The notes under the pieces: generated by a model
The model's database searches: none
Told to the model about the DNA's origin: nothing
The model's input: only the letters and a program-made list of their open reading frames with translations
Position numbers and translations under genes: made by a program
NCBI GenBank assembly: GCA_039630055.1
Contig: JBCNVN010000010.1
Span: 1-41,654 of the forward strand
DNA: 41,654 nucleotides
Direction of reading: 5' to 3'
Source: Candidatus Caldarchaeales archaeon
GTDB taxonomy: Archaea > Thermoproteota > Nitrososphaeria_A > Caldarchaeales > Wolframiiraptoraceae
Part shown: in pieces, positions 1 through 9,229 of the stretch
Layout: each line of letters opens with the position of its first letter
How positions within the stretch are numbered: the stretch's first letter is position 1

Positions 1-368
1 CCACTACTTGGAGAGTAACTTACAAGATTTCCGAGAATCTTTCTTATACCTCCATCATGATTGCCTGGTATCAGGTGTACCTCTATACCAGCTTCTATCA
101 AACTCTTCAATGCTCGCGGCATCTCCTCCCACTCTATCCGTGAAGATTTAGGAATCTTATGTTTCAAGTCTCCTAGAATGATAACTTTTTGAACACCATT
201 TTCTTTGACTAGCTTCATCAATGAACTGGTAATCTTCATTGTCTGAGACGGTATCCTTATCCCTCTATCGTTAAGGTCTACCTCAAAACCATAATGGATA
301 TCTGATACTACGATAGCTGGATCAGGTTTCTCGATTATAATAGCAGGCCATCCTTCTACTAGTTTCAA
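1..368 (-). CDS. Calcineurin-like metallophosphoesterase (partial, runs off the window edge)
   Basis: Not in ORF track. Manual translation from TTG at 368, overlapping the top6A stop: MKLVEGWPAIIIEKPDPAIVVSDIHYG...IILGDLKH...LIPGNHDG, giving the DxH, GD and GNHD phosphoesterase motifs. Confidence 0.85.
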   Translation of the reverse strand, partial: MKLVEGWPAIIIEKPDPAIVVSDIHYGFEVDLNDRGIRIPSQTMKITSSLMKLVKENGVQKVIILGDLKHKIPKSSRIEWEEMPRALKSLIEAGIEVHLIPGNHDGGIRKILGNLVSYSPSS

Positions 369-1471
369 CGTTTCTGTAGCTCCGCCAACCTCTCAGGTAA
401 GAACTCTTTCACAATAAAGTCTAACCCATATCTACTGAAGGCTTCAAGCTCCGCCTTCCTCTTAATCTTCCAGAATTCTTTTATCTCCCTCTTCCAAGGA
501 TCATTTTTATATCTTGGATCCTTCTCGAGTTCTTCAAGCCTCTTAACATCTTGATCACTCAACTTCATTGATGGAAGCTTATATCTAGTTATATCTGAGG
601 CCCATACTCCTGCCCATACAGCATCCGGGACATTCAACCCTCTTATATGTGCGCTTAGAGCAGATCCATGGATTAATACCGATGCGATATGGACTCCGTA
701 GGGATCGGCATCTGCAAATATGTAGACTGGGAGGCCGAGCTCTTCATTAAGCCTTCTAATAAGCTTCCTAGCATTTCTAGGCGACTGTCCCGCGGTATGT
801 AGGAGAAGAGCCTTATACTTTCTATCTGCTCCCTCTTCAACGAATCTACTGAAGACCGCGCCCTTCTCGATAACGAATAATACCTCTGCACCACATCTTA
901 CAAACTCTGCTGTTGTTAGAGCTGGCCCTATCGCAAACCCATCTGGATGAGATGATAGATCTACCTGTTTACCTCTAAATCCCGGCACAGTATACTCTAT
1001 AACTAGGTCTCCGTATATTGATGCTCTCTCCTCTGGGAAGATGTGGAAGTCTTCTCTTGGAGAACCGATGATGCTCTCAAGCTCCATTATCATCTCATCA
1101 CTCTCATTCTGGTCTTCAAAATCTACACCCTCACCGATGGCCACATAGTATGTGTCTCTCAGAGTTGATGTTTTTCCAGCATTAATCAAGGTCTTACTGA
1201 AGTAGGCTATCCATAGAAGTTGTGCAAATGGTCTAAGATGTCTTACATTCCTAGTTGTTCTCTCCATCATCTTTTCTCCTAAAACATATTGCTTCAACTC
1301 TTCATCATAGACTATGTTCTTTGTTGTTCTAGATGGGATATGTAGCTCAGGGAACTCTCCGTTGGATAGTTCTCCGAAGACTTTTTCTCCCAGCTTCTTC
1401 AACCTATCTAACACTTCCTTTTTTATCTCGTCTGCTCTATACTTCTTGGTCCTGATAGCTTGTTTAACCAT
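365..1471 (-). CDS. top6A: DNA topoisomerase VI subunit A (Spo11-like)
   Basis: TLRDTYY catalytic Tyr motif, VIEK, TOPRIM ADADPYG and C-terminal KAELEA. Confidence 0.95.
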   Translation of the reverse strand: MVKQAIRTKKYRADEIKKEVLDRLKKLGEKVFGELSNGEFPELHIPSRTTKNIVYDEELKQYVLGEKMMERTTRNVRHLRPFAQLLWIAYFSKTLINAGKTSTLRDTYYVAIGEGVDFEDQNESDEMIMELESIIGSPREDFHIFPEERASIYGDLVIEYTVPGFRGKQVDLSSHPDGFAIGPALTTAEFVRCGAEVLFVIEKGAVFSRFVEEGADRKYKALLLHTAGQSPRNARKLIRRLNEELGLPVYIFADADPYGVHIASVLIHGSALSAHIRGLNVPDAVWAGVWASDITRYKLPSMKLSDQDVKRLEELEKDPRYKNDPWKREIKEFWKIKRKAELEAFSRYGLDFIVKEFLPERLAELQKR

Positions 1472-1550
1472 TCCACCAATCCTAAGACTATTCTATCATG
1501 GTCATTAATAGTTCTTTGCATCAAGAATTAAATAGTGTAGATTGGATGTT

Positions 1551-3053
1551 TTATGATGAACCTTTCAATATATCTCTCGAGACACTCTCCACATATTCTA
1601 TAAACGGTCCAGGATATACACCTATAACAATAGCTAATGCTGATAGAATTATTAGAGGAGTGAGCATAACCATAGTGGATTCTTTAGCCTTATCAGAAAA
1701 CTCTGTGAAGGGTCTTGTGAAAAGTATCTGGATAACTCTAAGATAGTAGGCTGCACCTAGAAGGACGTTGAAGATCATTATAGCTGAGAATACGTAGAGC
1801 TCTGCATCGATCCCAGATTTTATTATCTGGAACTCGCTTACAAAGCTGTTCAAGCCAGGTATACCTGCGAGTGAAAATGCTCCGATAGCGAAGCATACAC
1901 CCGTGACCGGCATCTTACGACCGATCCCACCTAAAGCTTCCAGGTCTCTCGTCTTGACCGTATGAATTATAGATCCCGCAGAGAGGAAGAGGAGGGCCTT
2001 CATAGATGCATGGTTCAGTATGTGGAGCAAACCTCCAGCCATTCCAGCTACTGTCCCAATACTCAACCCAAACACTATGTAGCCTATGTGTGCTATACTA
2101 CTGAATGCTAGAAGTCTCTTGATATCGCTTTGAAGCATAGCCAAGATATTTCCCACAGTCATGGTCACAATAGAGAATAATATCAAAGAGATCTGCCAAT
2201 TGTAGAGTGAGAGGGGAAAGATTAGCGTTAATGCTCTATACATAGCGTAGACACCGGTCTTTATTACTACTCCTGAAAGCATGGCGCTAATAGGGCTTGG
2301 AGCAGCTGGGTGAGCATCGGGTAACCAGCTGTGAAAAGGCACCATGGCCGCGTTAACTCCGAAGCCTCCCACTAGGAGAGATATCGATAAGTATGTCCAG
2401 ATGCTATTGGATAGTGTTGGAGAGCTCAGCGCTTCTGCTAGACCTGTGAAGGAAAGCGTTCCAACCGCACCGTAAAGTATCGATAGTCCAAATAGGATTG
2501 CTGCTGTTCCAGCTGTACTCATTATCAAATACTTGAACGATGCTTCTACAGCCTCCCATCTTCGATAGTAGAATGCTACTAGAACATATGCTGTTATACT
2601 CATCAATTCCCAGAATATGAATAGTGTTATGAAGTCTCCTGAGAATACTACTCCAACCATCCCCGTAACCATAGCTATCAATAACGGATAGTACTCTCTC
2701 TTCCTACTCTCGATATATCTCATAGAAAATATAGAGGCCATGAGGCCGATGAATATGAATATAGATGCAACATATGCCGATAGTTTGTCTACGTATATCT
2801 GGGAGGAAGTCAACGTATTACTTGAGAAAGAGATCTTGATCGGGCCACTGGATAGGAGAGAGGTAAGCTGACGTATTGAGAGGATAAACGATACTAGGAA
2901 CCCTACGGTAACGTATAGCTCTACGATCTTCTCTCTTCCACCACGTGCAAAAACAGATAATAGTGCAGAGGTTATAGTGAAGAATATTAAAGCATTAAGT
3001 GTTTCAGAGAAATCTATCGATGGTAGAATGGATAAGATGTTCATTGTTATCAT
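1551..3053 (-). CDS. Proton-conducting membrane transporter, MrpD/MnhD/NuoM-N family
   Basis: About 14 hydrophobic helices; FWELM, EASFKY, PFHSWLPDAHPAAPSPISA, KRLLAFSSIAHIG and HASMKALLF motifs. Confidence 0.9.
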   Translation of the reverse strand: MITMNILSILPSIDFSETLNALIFFTITSALLSVFARGGREKIVELYVTVGFLVSFILSIRQLTSLLSSGPIKISFSSNTLTSSQIYVDKLSAYVASIFIFIGLMASIFSMRYIESRKREYYPLLIAMVTGMVGVVFSGDFITLFIFWELMSITAYVLVAFYYRRWEAVEASFKYLIMSTAGTAAILFGLSILYGAVGTLSFTGLAEALSSPTLSNSIWTYLSISLLVGGFGVNAAMVPFHSWLPDAHPAAPSPISAMLSGVVIKTGVYAMYRALTLIFPLSLYNWQISLILFSIVTMTVGNILAMLQSDIKRLLAFSSIAHIGYIVFGLSIGTVAGMAGGLLHILNHASMKALLFLSAGSIIHTVKTRDLEALGGIGRKMPVTGVCFAIGAFSLAGIPGLNSFVSEFQIIKSGIDAELYVFSAIMIFNVLLGAAYYLRVIQILFTRPFTEFSDKAKESTMVMLTPLIILSALAIVIGVYPGPFIEYVESVSRDILKGSS

Positions 3054-3108
3054 ATGCGAGAGATGTTCTCAAAAATATTAACATTACTGGTCTATGTAAG
3101 AACATTGT

Positions 3109-4107
3109 CTAGCTTAAACCTCTGTTATCTTTTCTAATGATTCTTACCGAGAAGTATATGAACATAGAAGCTGTAATGATTAGGGTAAGATAGTACGTTA
3201 CGATCCGCCATCTTATGGTTAGCGGCCACGACCCAGCCCTCAAGACATTAAACATGTAGATGTAGAGACCGGACTCGGTGAGACCAGATCCACCTACTGT
3301 TACTGGTAGAACACCGAAAGTGTTGGCAGCATGAAAAGAGAGCAGGGTCTCTAAGAGCCAGATCGATCCAGATAGTAGTATGAAGAGGATGATTGAAGGG
3401 ATTGACATGACCAATACGGTCAACATCTTTAGGATTGTCAGTTTTCCCATATTCTTCCTAGAAAATACAGAGTTAAAGATCCTTGAGTACTCTATAGCAC
3501 CATCTCTAAAAATTGGATATAACTTATAGGGGATGGAGATCTTCTGTCTTATAGAGTCTACTACTTCTTGTAATCTTTCACTCTTTAATCTACTTGAAGC
3601 GATTAAAAGCATGGCGGCGAGAGATATTTGGAGTAAAGCTATAGAGAGTATTATCGATGCTAGTATCCTATGGTTTGCTAATAGAGCGTATAAACCTGAG
3701 GTGATGGCTATAGATGCTCCAACCAGTACATCGAGTATCATCTCAACACTCGCTATCCAGAATGCTGTATACCTACTCTCACCTCTTTCAACAAGCATTA
3801 TAGTTCTTGCAACCTCATCAGCTAGGAATGGGAGAGTAGTAAGAGCGAAGAATTCGCTTGAACCTCTAATCAGGATCGATTCCCAGAGCATCAATCTCAC
3901 TCTTGAGTTATATCTAACTAGAATATGGAGACGGAGATCCTGGGCAAGGATCCTGGTATAGCATAGGATTATCAATAGTGCAAGTACATCGATTGGAAAA
4001 CTCAGTATCTCATTTAGAGATACGTTGAATATATTGATTAGCAGTAAGAATATTACAATACTGATGGAGACGCCTCCTATTGATCTAACAAGAATAGTAC
4101 GCTCCAT
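3109..4107 (-). CDS. Flippase-like / lysylphosphatidylglycerol synthase TM domain protein (UPF0104, AglD2-like)
   Basis: Polytopic membrane protein with C-terminal LPVTVGGSGLTE...WRIVTYY signature. Confidence 0.75.
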   Translation of the reverse strand: MERTILVRSIGGVSISIVIFLLLINIFNVSLNEILSFPIDVLALLIILCYTRILAQDLRLHILVRYNSRVRLMLWESILIRGSSEFFALTTLPFLADEVARTIMLVERGESRYTAFWIASVEMILDVLVGASIAITSGLYALLANHRILASIILSIALLQISLAAMLLIASSRLKSERLQEVVDSIRQKISIPYKLYPIFRDGAIEYSRIFNSVFSRKNMGKLTILKMLTVLVMSIPSIILFILLSGSIWLLETLLSFHAANTFGVLPVTVGGSGLTESGLYIYMFNVLRAGSWPLTIRWRIVTYYLTLIITASMFIYFSVRIIRKDNRGLS

Positions 4108-4711
4108 CTTCCCTCTCCGCGATCAAGCATATAGACTGTTGAATAAAATAGAGGAGGTCTCTTTTTATCAGATTAAAGGGCCATAAGATGTGAAAGTGGA
4201 GGGCTAGAATCCTCTTAGCTCTTAAGCCATTTTTATGAAGTTTCTTTCTGAGACTAAACCAAGTGAAATGGTGGAGGTGGGTAGGGTCAGCAAAGCTATC
4301 ATATATACCGAGCCCAAGAGTATTCGGAGTGAGTAGTAATATTAGCCCTGAGGGTTTCAAAACCCTCCTACAATCTCTGAGAGCTTGATCTACTCTCTTA
4401 ACATGTTCAATAACATCGAATATAACGATTCTATCGAAGCATTTGTCTCGGAAAGGCAGAGCTTCAGCAGATGCAATGATGTCGGGTCTAAGAAAGATAT
4501 CTATCCCGATATATTCCGACTTCGAGAATCTTGCATAATGCTTTAACCCACATCCGACTTCTAGGACTCTCGAGGCATCAACTGTAAATCTTGACATTAG
4601 TACTACTTTATAATCTCGAAAAATGTGAGGCTCTATTCTCGGTCTGAAAATACGTTTTAACCTTCTAGTCTTCAATCTTTGTAGCATCTTGGCCCAGAGG
4701 TAGAGATACAT
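4085..4711 (-). CDS. Class I SAM-dependent methyltransferase (type 11)
   Basis: VLEVGCG, ALPFRDKCFD, DVIEH and RVLKPSG motifs; true start may be the second Met. Confidence 0.85.
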   Translation of the reverse strand: MYLYLWAKMLQRLKTRRLKRIFRPRIEPHIFRDYKVVLMSRFTVDASRVLEVGCGLKHYARFSKSEYIGIDIFLRPDIIASAEALPFRDKCFDRIVIFDVIEHVKRVDQALRDCRRVLKPSGLILLLTPNTLGLGIYDSFADPTHLHHFTWFSLRKKLHKNGLRAKRILALHFHILWPFNLIKRDLLYFIQQSICLIAEREDGAYYSC

Positions 4712-4815
4712 CTATAAAAATATAAAATAATGAAAATTTAGAATAATTTTATAATTCTTGAGATGATTGAGGAAGAGATATCTAGTTAAAATATTATGTG
4801 TAGCTCTCAATAGTT

Positions 4816-7527
4816 TTATGAGGCTACACAGCTAGCCCATCCACAATCTAAGCATCTAGTACATCCCTCTTGATATGCCAAGTTTATACTCTCACATGAA
4901 GGGCACTTCTCCAACTTCATAGATGGGGTCTTCAACTCACTCCTACGTTCTTCCATGATAGCAACATTCGACCCACCCACTTCGGATAGGATTAGCTTTA
5001 TCCCTGGCTTCTCCACATGTTTTCCATAAGTCTTCTCTTTCAGTTCATTCTTCATATTCGGAGGTTCTATTCCCAGTCTCTGCATTAATTCTAACGTCTT
5101 ATTCGGTGTCAATGTTATGTACTTGTTGATCCTCTGGGAAGGTGTGACGAGCACTTGCATACTCTTACTTGTATCCCTATATACTGTTATACCTTTCAAA
5201 CCTAGCCTATATGCGAAGAGATACGCTTTCATAACGTCTTCTACCGTTACCCATGCAGGCATGTTTATCGTCTTGCTTACGGATGCGTCAACCCATTTAT
5301 GGATCTCGTACTGAGCTCTAATATGGTCCCACCATGGAATATCGTATGCTACTAGGAAGACTCTTCTAAGATCTTCAGGTATCTCTTCTAATCCTTGAAC
5401 CGATCCACCGTTATCTGCGACCTTCTTGAGTATATTTTCATTGAATAAGCCTCTTTCTCTGATCTGCCTCTCAAACTCTAAATCCGTGTAGAAGAATGTT
5501 CCAACCGTGACCCTCTTCTCATATACTAATGCGAATTGTGGTTCCAATCCTGAAGAAGTATCTGTAAGCATGGAGATGCTCCCAGTAGGTGCAACGGTTG
5601 CCACGTGGCTATTCCTTATACCCTTCTTCTTTAACTCTTCCGCCAGCTTATCCCATGGTAACGTCCACCATTCTACATGGTAGAAGCCTTCTATCGGGAA
5701 GACTCCTTCAGTATAACTCGACTGGTGATAGAGTGGGAATACTCCTCTCTCCTCAGCAAGCCTTATGCTCGTCTTATATGCATGAAAAACAATGAACTCC
5801 ATTAATCTGCTCATCATATTGAAGCCCTGCTCACTATTATACGGTATACCTAATGCAAAGAACATATCGGCTAAACCCATTATCCCTAGTCCAATCCTCC
5901 TACTTCTCTTAGTCTTGTACTCTATAATCTCTAAAGGATACTTGTTGACATCTATAACATTGTCGAGGAATTTTACAGACCATTCTACTGTTTCTCTTAG
6001 AGAATCCCAATCTACCTCATTCTTGTCTCCAGATCTTTTAACGAATGCGTAAAGATTGATGCTCCCCAGATTGCAAGATTCATAATAGTATAATGGCTGT
6101 TCACCACATGGATTCGTCGCTCTTATATCTCCGAGAAATTCTCTAAATGGATTATGTTTATTTATATTGTCGAGGAACAATACTCCAGGATCTGCAGTCT
6201 TCCACGCCGCCTCCGCCAACTCTCTAAATAATCTAACTGGGTCTATGGTCTTCCAGATACTACCATCTCTAGGATTCTTCAAAGGATATGGTTTTCTTTC
6301 TTCATAATATTTCCAGAAGTCGGGGGTAATCATCACGGAGATATTGAAGTTTTCGAGGAATCCTTCTTTCTCTTTACAATGTATGAAGGTCTCTATGTCT
6401 GGATGCCAGACCTCGAGTATACCCATATTCGCTCCTCTACGTTTTCCACCTTGCTTAACCACTTCTGTGACAGTATCTATGATCCTCATGAATGAGACGG
6501 GTCCCGAGGCCACACCATAGGTTGAAAAGACTAGGTCTCCTTCAGGTCTGAGCTTCGAATAGTTTATTCCTACCCCTCCACCTGACTTGAAGATTATGGC
6601 CGCTTCCTTAGAAGCATCCATTATAGATTCTATATTGTCGTCTATGTCTAGAACGAAGCATGCTGATAGCTGGTTCAGTCTTGCTCCAGCATTGAATAAG
6701 GTTGGACTGTTAGGCATGAACTTCTTCTCAACCATCAGCTTATAGTATTGTAGATAGTTACTATAGTATTTCTCAAATAGTCCATCCCTCAACATCCTTA
6801 AGAAAGATGTCCATGAGACCTTGATACATCCTTGAGAGTTAAGCTCATCGTAGAGATATTTCATCCTCTCTAGATGCCATCTATTCCACGTAACCTCTAA
6901 TTCTCCATTACTCTTTCTACCTAGACCCAGCTTTCCCTCCCAGTAATCTATGTCGAATTCTTCTTTTGGATGGATTGGCTGACCGCCATCCTTATGATAT
7001 ACTTCTTGGTCATAGAGTATGTCAGGGATTACTATTAGAGCTGCAACTCGTTTAAACATCTCCTTGGGTCCTTCTTTTAATCTACCTTTCTCATCTCTTA
7101 GTAGATATCTACTGGACATGAGCCTCAACGCATTGACAGAGAATGCTTTATCCACTTCATCTACGTATTCTTTCTCCAGTATCCGTTTCTTCTCTTCTCT
7201 AATCTTCTCCCTCTCCTTCCTATATAGTATATAGGCTTTTGCAACCTCGTATAGGTCGAACTTTACTAGCGTAAGCTCTACGATGTCCTGTATCTCTTCA
7301 ACATGAGGCATTCTTTCTTCTCCAAATTTTTCAGCTATCATCTTTAATACGTGATTTACAACCTTCTCTAAAGTCGATTCATCATACATATTTACTTGTA
7401 CCATGGCTTTTCTTACAGCTTCTCTTATCCTACCTCTATCGAAATCTACGATTCTTCCATCCCTCTTAATAACCTTCTTCACAGGAAGATGATTATATGC
7501 CATTTCCTTGACCTCTTCTAACTTCAT
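4816..7527 (-). CDS. nrdJ: Adenosylcobalamin-dependent (class II) ribonucleotide reductase with N-terminal ATP cone and C-terminal Zn ribbon
   Basis: VIKRDG ATP cone, PNSPTLFNAG, SACFV, TNPCGEQ thiyl Cys, APTGSIS, KGITVYRD and CPSC...CLDC...C tail; no intein motifs seen. Confidence 0.95.
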   Translation of the reverse strand: MKLEEVKEMAYNHLPVKKVIKRDGRIVDFDRGRIREAVRKAMVQVNMYDESTLEKVVNHVLKMIAEKFGEERMPHVEEIQDIVELTLVKFDLYEVAKAYILYRKEREKIREEKKRILEKEYVDEVDKAFSVNALRLMSSRYLLRDEKGRLKEGPKEMFKRVAALIVIPDILYDQEVYHKDGGQPIHPKEEFDIDYWEGKLGLGRKSNGELEVTWNRWHLERMKYLYDELNSQGCIKVSWTSFLRMLRDGLFEKYYSNYLQYYKLMVEKKFMPNSPTLFNAGARLNQLSACFVLDIDDNIESIMDASKEAAIIFKSGGGVGINYSKLRPEGDLVFSTYGVASGPVSFMRIIDTVTEVVKQGGKRRGANMGILEVWHPDIETFIHCKEKEGFLENFNISVMITPDFWKYYEERKPYPLKNPRDGSIWKTIDPVRLFRELAEAAWKTADPGVLFLDNINKHNPFREFLGDIRATNPCGEQPLYYYESCNLGSINLYAFVKRSGDKNEVDWDSLRETVEWSVKFLDNVIDVNKYPLEIIEYKTKRSRRIGLGIMGLADMFFALGIPYNSEQGFNMMSRLMEFIVFHAYKTSIRLAEERGVFPLYHQSSYTEGVFPIEGFYHVEWWTLPWDKLAEELKKKGIRNSHVATVAPTGSISMLTDTSSGLEPQFALVYEKRVTVGTFFYTDLEFERQIRERGLFNENILKKVADNGGSVQGLEEIPEDLRRVFLVAYDIPWWDHIRAQYEIHKWVDASVSKTINMPAWVTVEDVMKAYLFAYRLGLKGITVYRDTSKSMQVLVTPSQRINKYITLTPNKTLELMQRLGIEPPNMKNELKEKTYGKHVEKPGIKLILSEVGGSNVAIMEERRSELKTPSMKLEKCPSCESINLAYQEGCTRCLDCGWASCVAS

Positions 7528-8003
7528 CCGCCACCTAAAATATCTTGAAACTTATTAATAAAAGATCCAGACCTTCATAAAAATGAACATAACATAATCT
7601 TGAGAACTTCTATAGCAGGTTCAGAGAGAAAAATACTAGTTAATGATCCTCTAGATTTTTAGAGTTCTAAACAACTTTTGACGAGTAATCTTAGAACCTT
7701 GATTCTGAACGGAATTGAAGATTTTTTTCATGTTATCGTGGCCAAAAAATTTGGAGGAAGAGCATGAAACACGACCCTGAAACGATTCATTTTTATTTTT
7801 TTAGAGTTACCAGAAATGTTTTCCACTTAAAACCTTGTTCATAAATAATGATAGAAAATCTCGATAACTCTGAGATTTAGGAGAACATGTGAAGATTGGA
7901 GAAGCCTGTTCCTATAGATAGATGCATCGAAATCTAATCTGGAGCTATTCGTAGACGGATAGAAATATTTAATTTTTAGGTTATTAGTAAAGCCCGATGG
8001 AGC

Positions 8004-9095
8004 ATGGATTTAGAGAGGAGGCTTGAGCTGATAACTAGACCGCCTACCGAAGAGGTGATTACTTTAGAAGAGCTGAGAACATTGTTAGAGGTCGAGGCTC
8101 ATCCCGTAGCATATGATGGTTTTGAACCTAGCGGTTTAGCACACCTACCATTCGGAATACTGAGAGCTATTAAACTACAAGATATGCTTGAAGCTGGATG
8201 TAGATTTAAACTCCTATTAGCAGATTGGCATGCTATGATAAATAATAAGATGGGTGGAGACTTGGACAAGATAAGAAAAGTCGGTGAATATTTTATCGAG
8301 GTTTGGAAGGCTTCTGGAGTAGATCTATCAAGAGTTGAGATAGTTTGGGCGAACGATCTAGTAGATAGCAGAGAATACTGGAAGTACGTTATACAAGTTG
8401 CTAGGAATATTAGTTTGAAGAGAGCCTTGAGAGCCTTGCCGATTATGGGTAGAAGAGAAGAAGAGATACGGGAGGCGGCTCAGATAATCTATCCAGCTAT
8501 GCAAGTCTCCGACATATACTATATGGGTGTAGATATATGTCAGTTAGGGTTGGATCAGAGGCGTGCAAATATCTTGGCTAGAGAGCTTGCTCCAAAGCTT
8601 GGGGTAAAGAAACCTGTCGCCGTCCATCATCATATGCTCATGGGGTTACAAGGACCATCAGATCTAAAAGGATTCGAAGAAGATGAAGACATGAATCTAG
8701 AGATAGCATCAAAGATGAGTAAGAGCATCCCTGAGACCAGCATATTCGTACATGACGACTATAAAACTATAAAGAGTAAGATAGATAGAGCATACTGTCC
8801 TCCTAGAAGCTCTCGTGGAAACCCTGTCCTAGAATATGCTAAATATATTATCTTTAGGGTTTCGAAATCTTTCTATGTTGAGAGACCGTCAAGATATGGG
8901 GGAAGTGTAGAGTATTGGAGTTATGAGGAATTGGAGAGAGACTATGTCGAGGGAAGATTGCATCCGGCAGACCTAAAGAATGCTGTATCTGAAAAGTTAG
9001 ACACGATCATTAAACCTATAAGAGAGCATTTCGAGAGAGATCCACATGCCAAGAAACTATACGAATTTGTGAAATCACAAGAGATAACTAGGTAG
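8004..9095 (+). CDS. tyrS: Tyrosine--tRNA ligase (archaeal)
   Basis: YDGFEPSG, ADWHA, YPAMQVSD, GLDQRRA, KMSKS and LHPADLK. Confidence 0.95.
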   Translation: MDLERRLELITRPPTEEVITLEELRTLLEVEAHPVAYDGFEPSGLAHLPFGILRAIKLQDMLEAGCRFKLLLADWHAMINNKMGGDLDKIRKVGEYFIEVWKASGVDLSRVEIVWANDLVDSREYWKYVIQVARNISLKRALRALPIMGRREEEIREAAQIIYPAMQVSDIYYMGVDICQLGLDQRRANILARELAPKLGVKKPVAVHHHMLMGLQGPSDLKGFEEDEDMNLEIASKMSKSIPETSIFVHDDYKTIKSKIDRAYCPPRSSRGNPVLEYAKYIIFRVSKSFYVERPSRYGGSVEYWSYEELERDYVEGRLHPADLKNAVSEKLDTIIKPIREHFERDPHAKKLYEFVKSQEITR

Positions 9096-9112
9096 AGAAA
9101 GATTATAGATTT

Positions 9113-9192
9113 AACTGTGCCCTACCGCCGACAACCTCTTATCACAGTAAGGATGAGACCTATCTCCAAGAGGCTCTGGGGAGCGGTAGGGC
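9113..9192 (-). ncRNA. Box H/ACA pseudouridylation guide sRNA (single hairpin)
   Basis: Minus strand reads GCCCUACCGC UCCCCAG AGCCUCUU GGAGAUAG..CUGUGAU AAGAGGUU GUCG GCGGUAGGGC ACA GUU. It has a perfect 10-bp basal stem, a bipartite pocket, an 8-bp upper stem, a K-turn-like tandem GA motif and an ACA 14 nt from the upper stem. Confidence 0.8.
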
Positions 9193-9229
9193 AGAATAAA
9201 GATTTTTAAAGTTTCTAATAACTCTTTAC

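Noticed and set aside
4816-7527. Intein in nrdJ
   Set aside because: No intein splice motifs, and the length is explained by the ATP cone, core with an archaeal-type insertion, and Zn ribbon.
7815-7836. GTTTTCCACTTAAAAC as an origin recognition box
   Set aside because: Single imperfect match, no G-string, no repeats and no cdc6/orc1 nearby.
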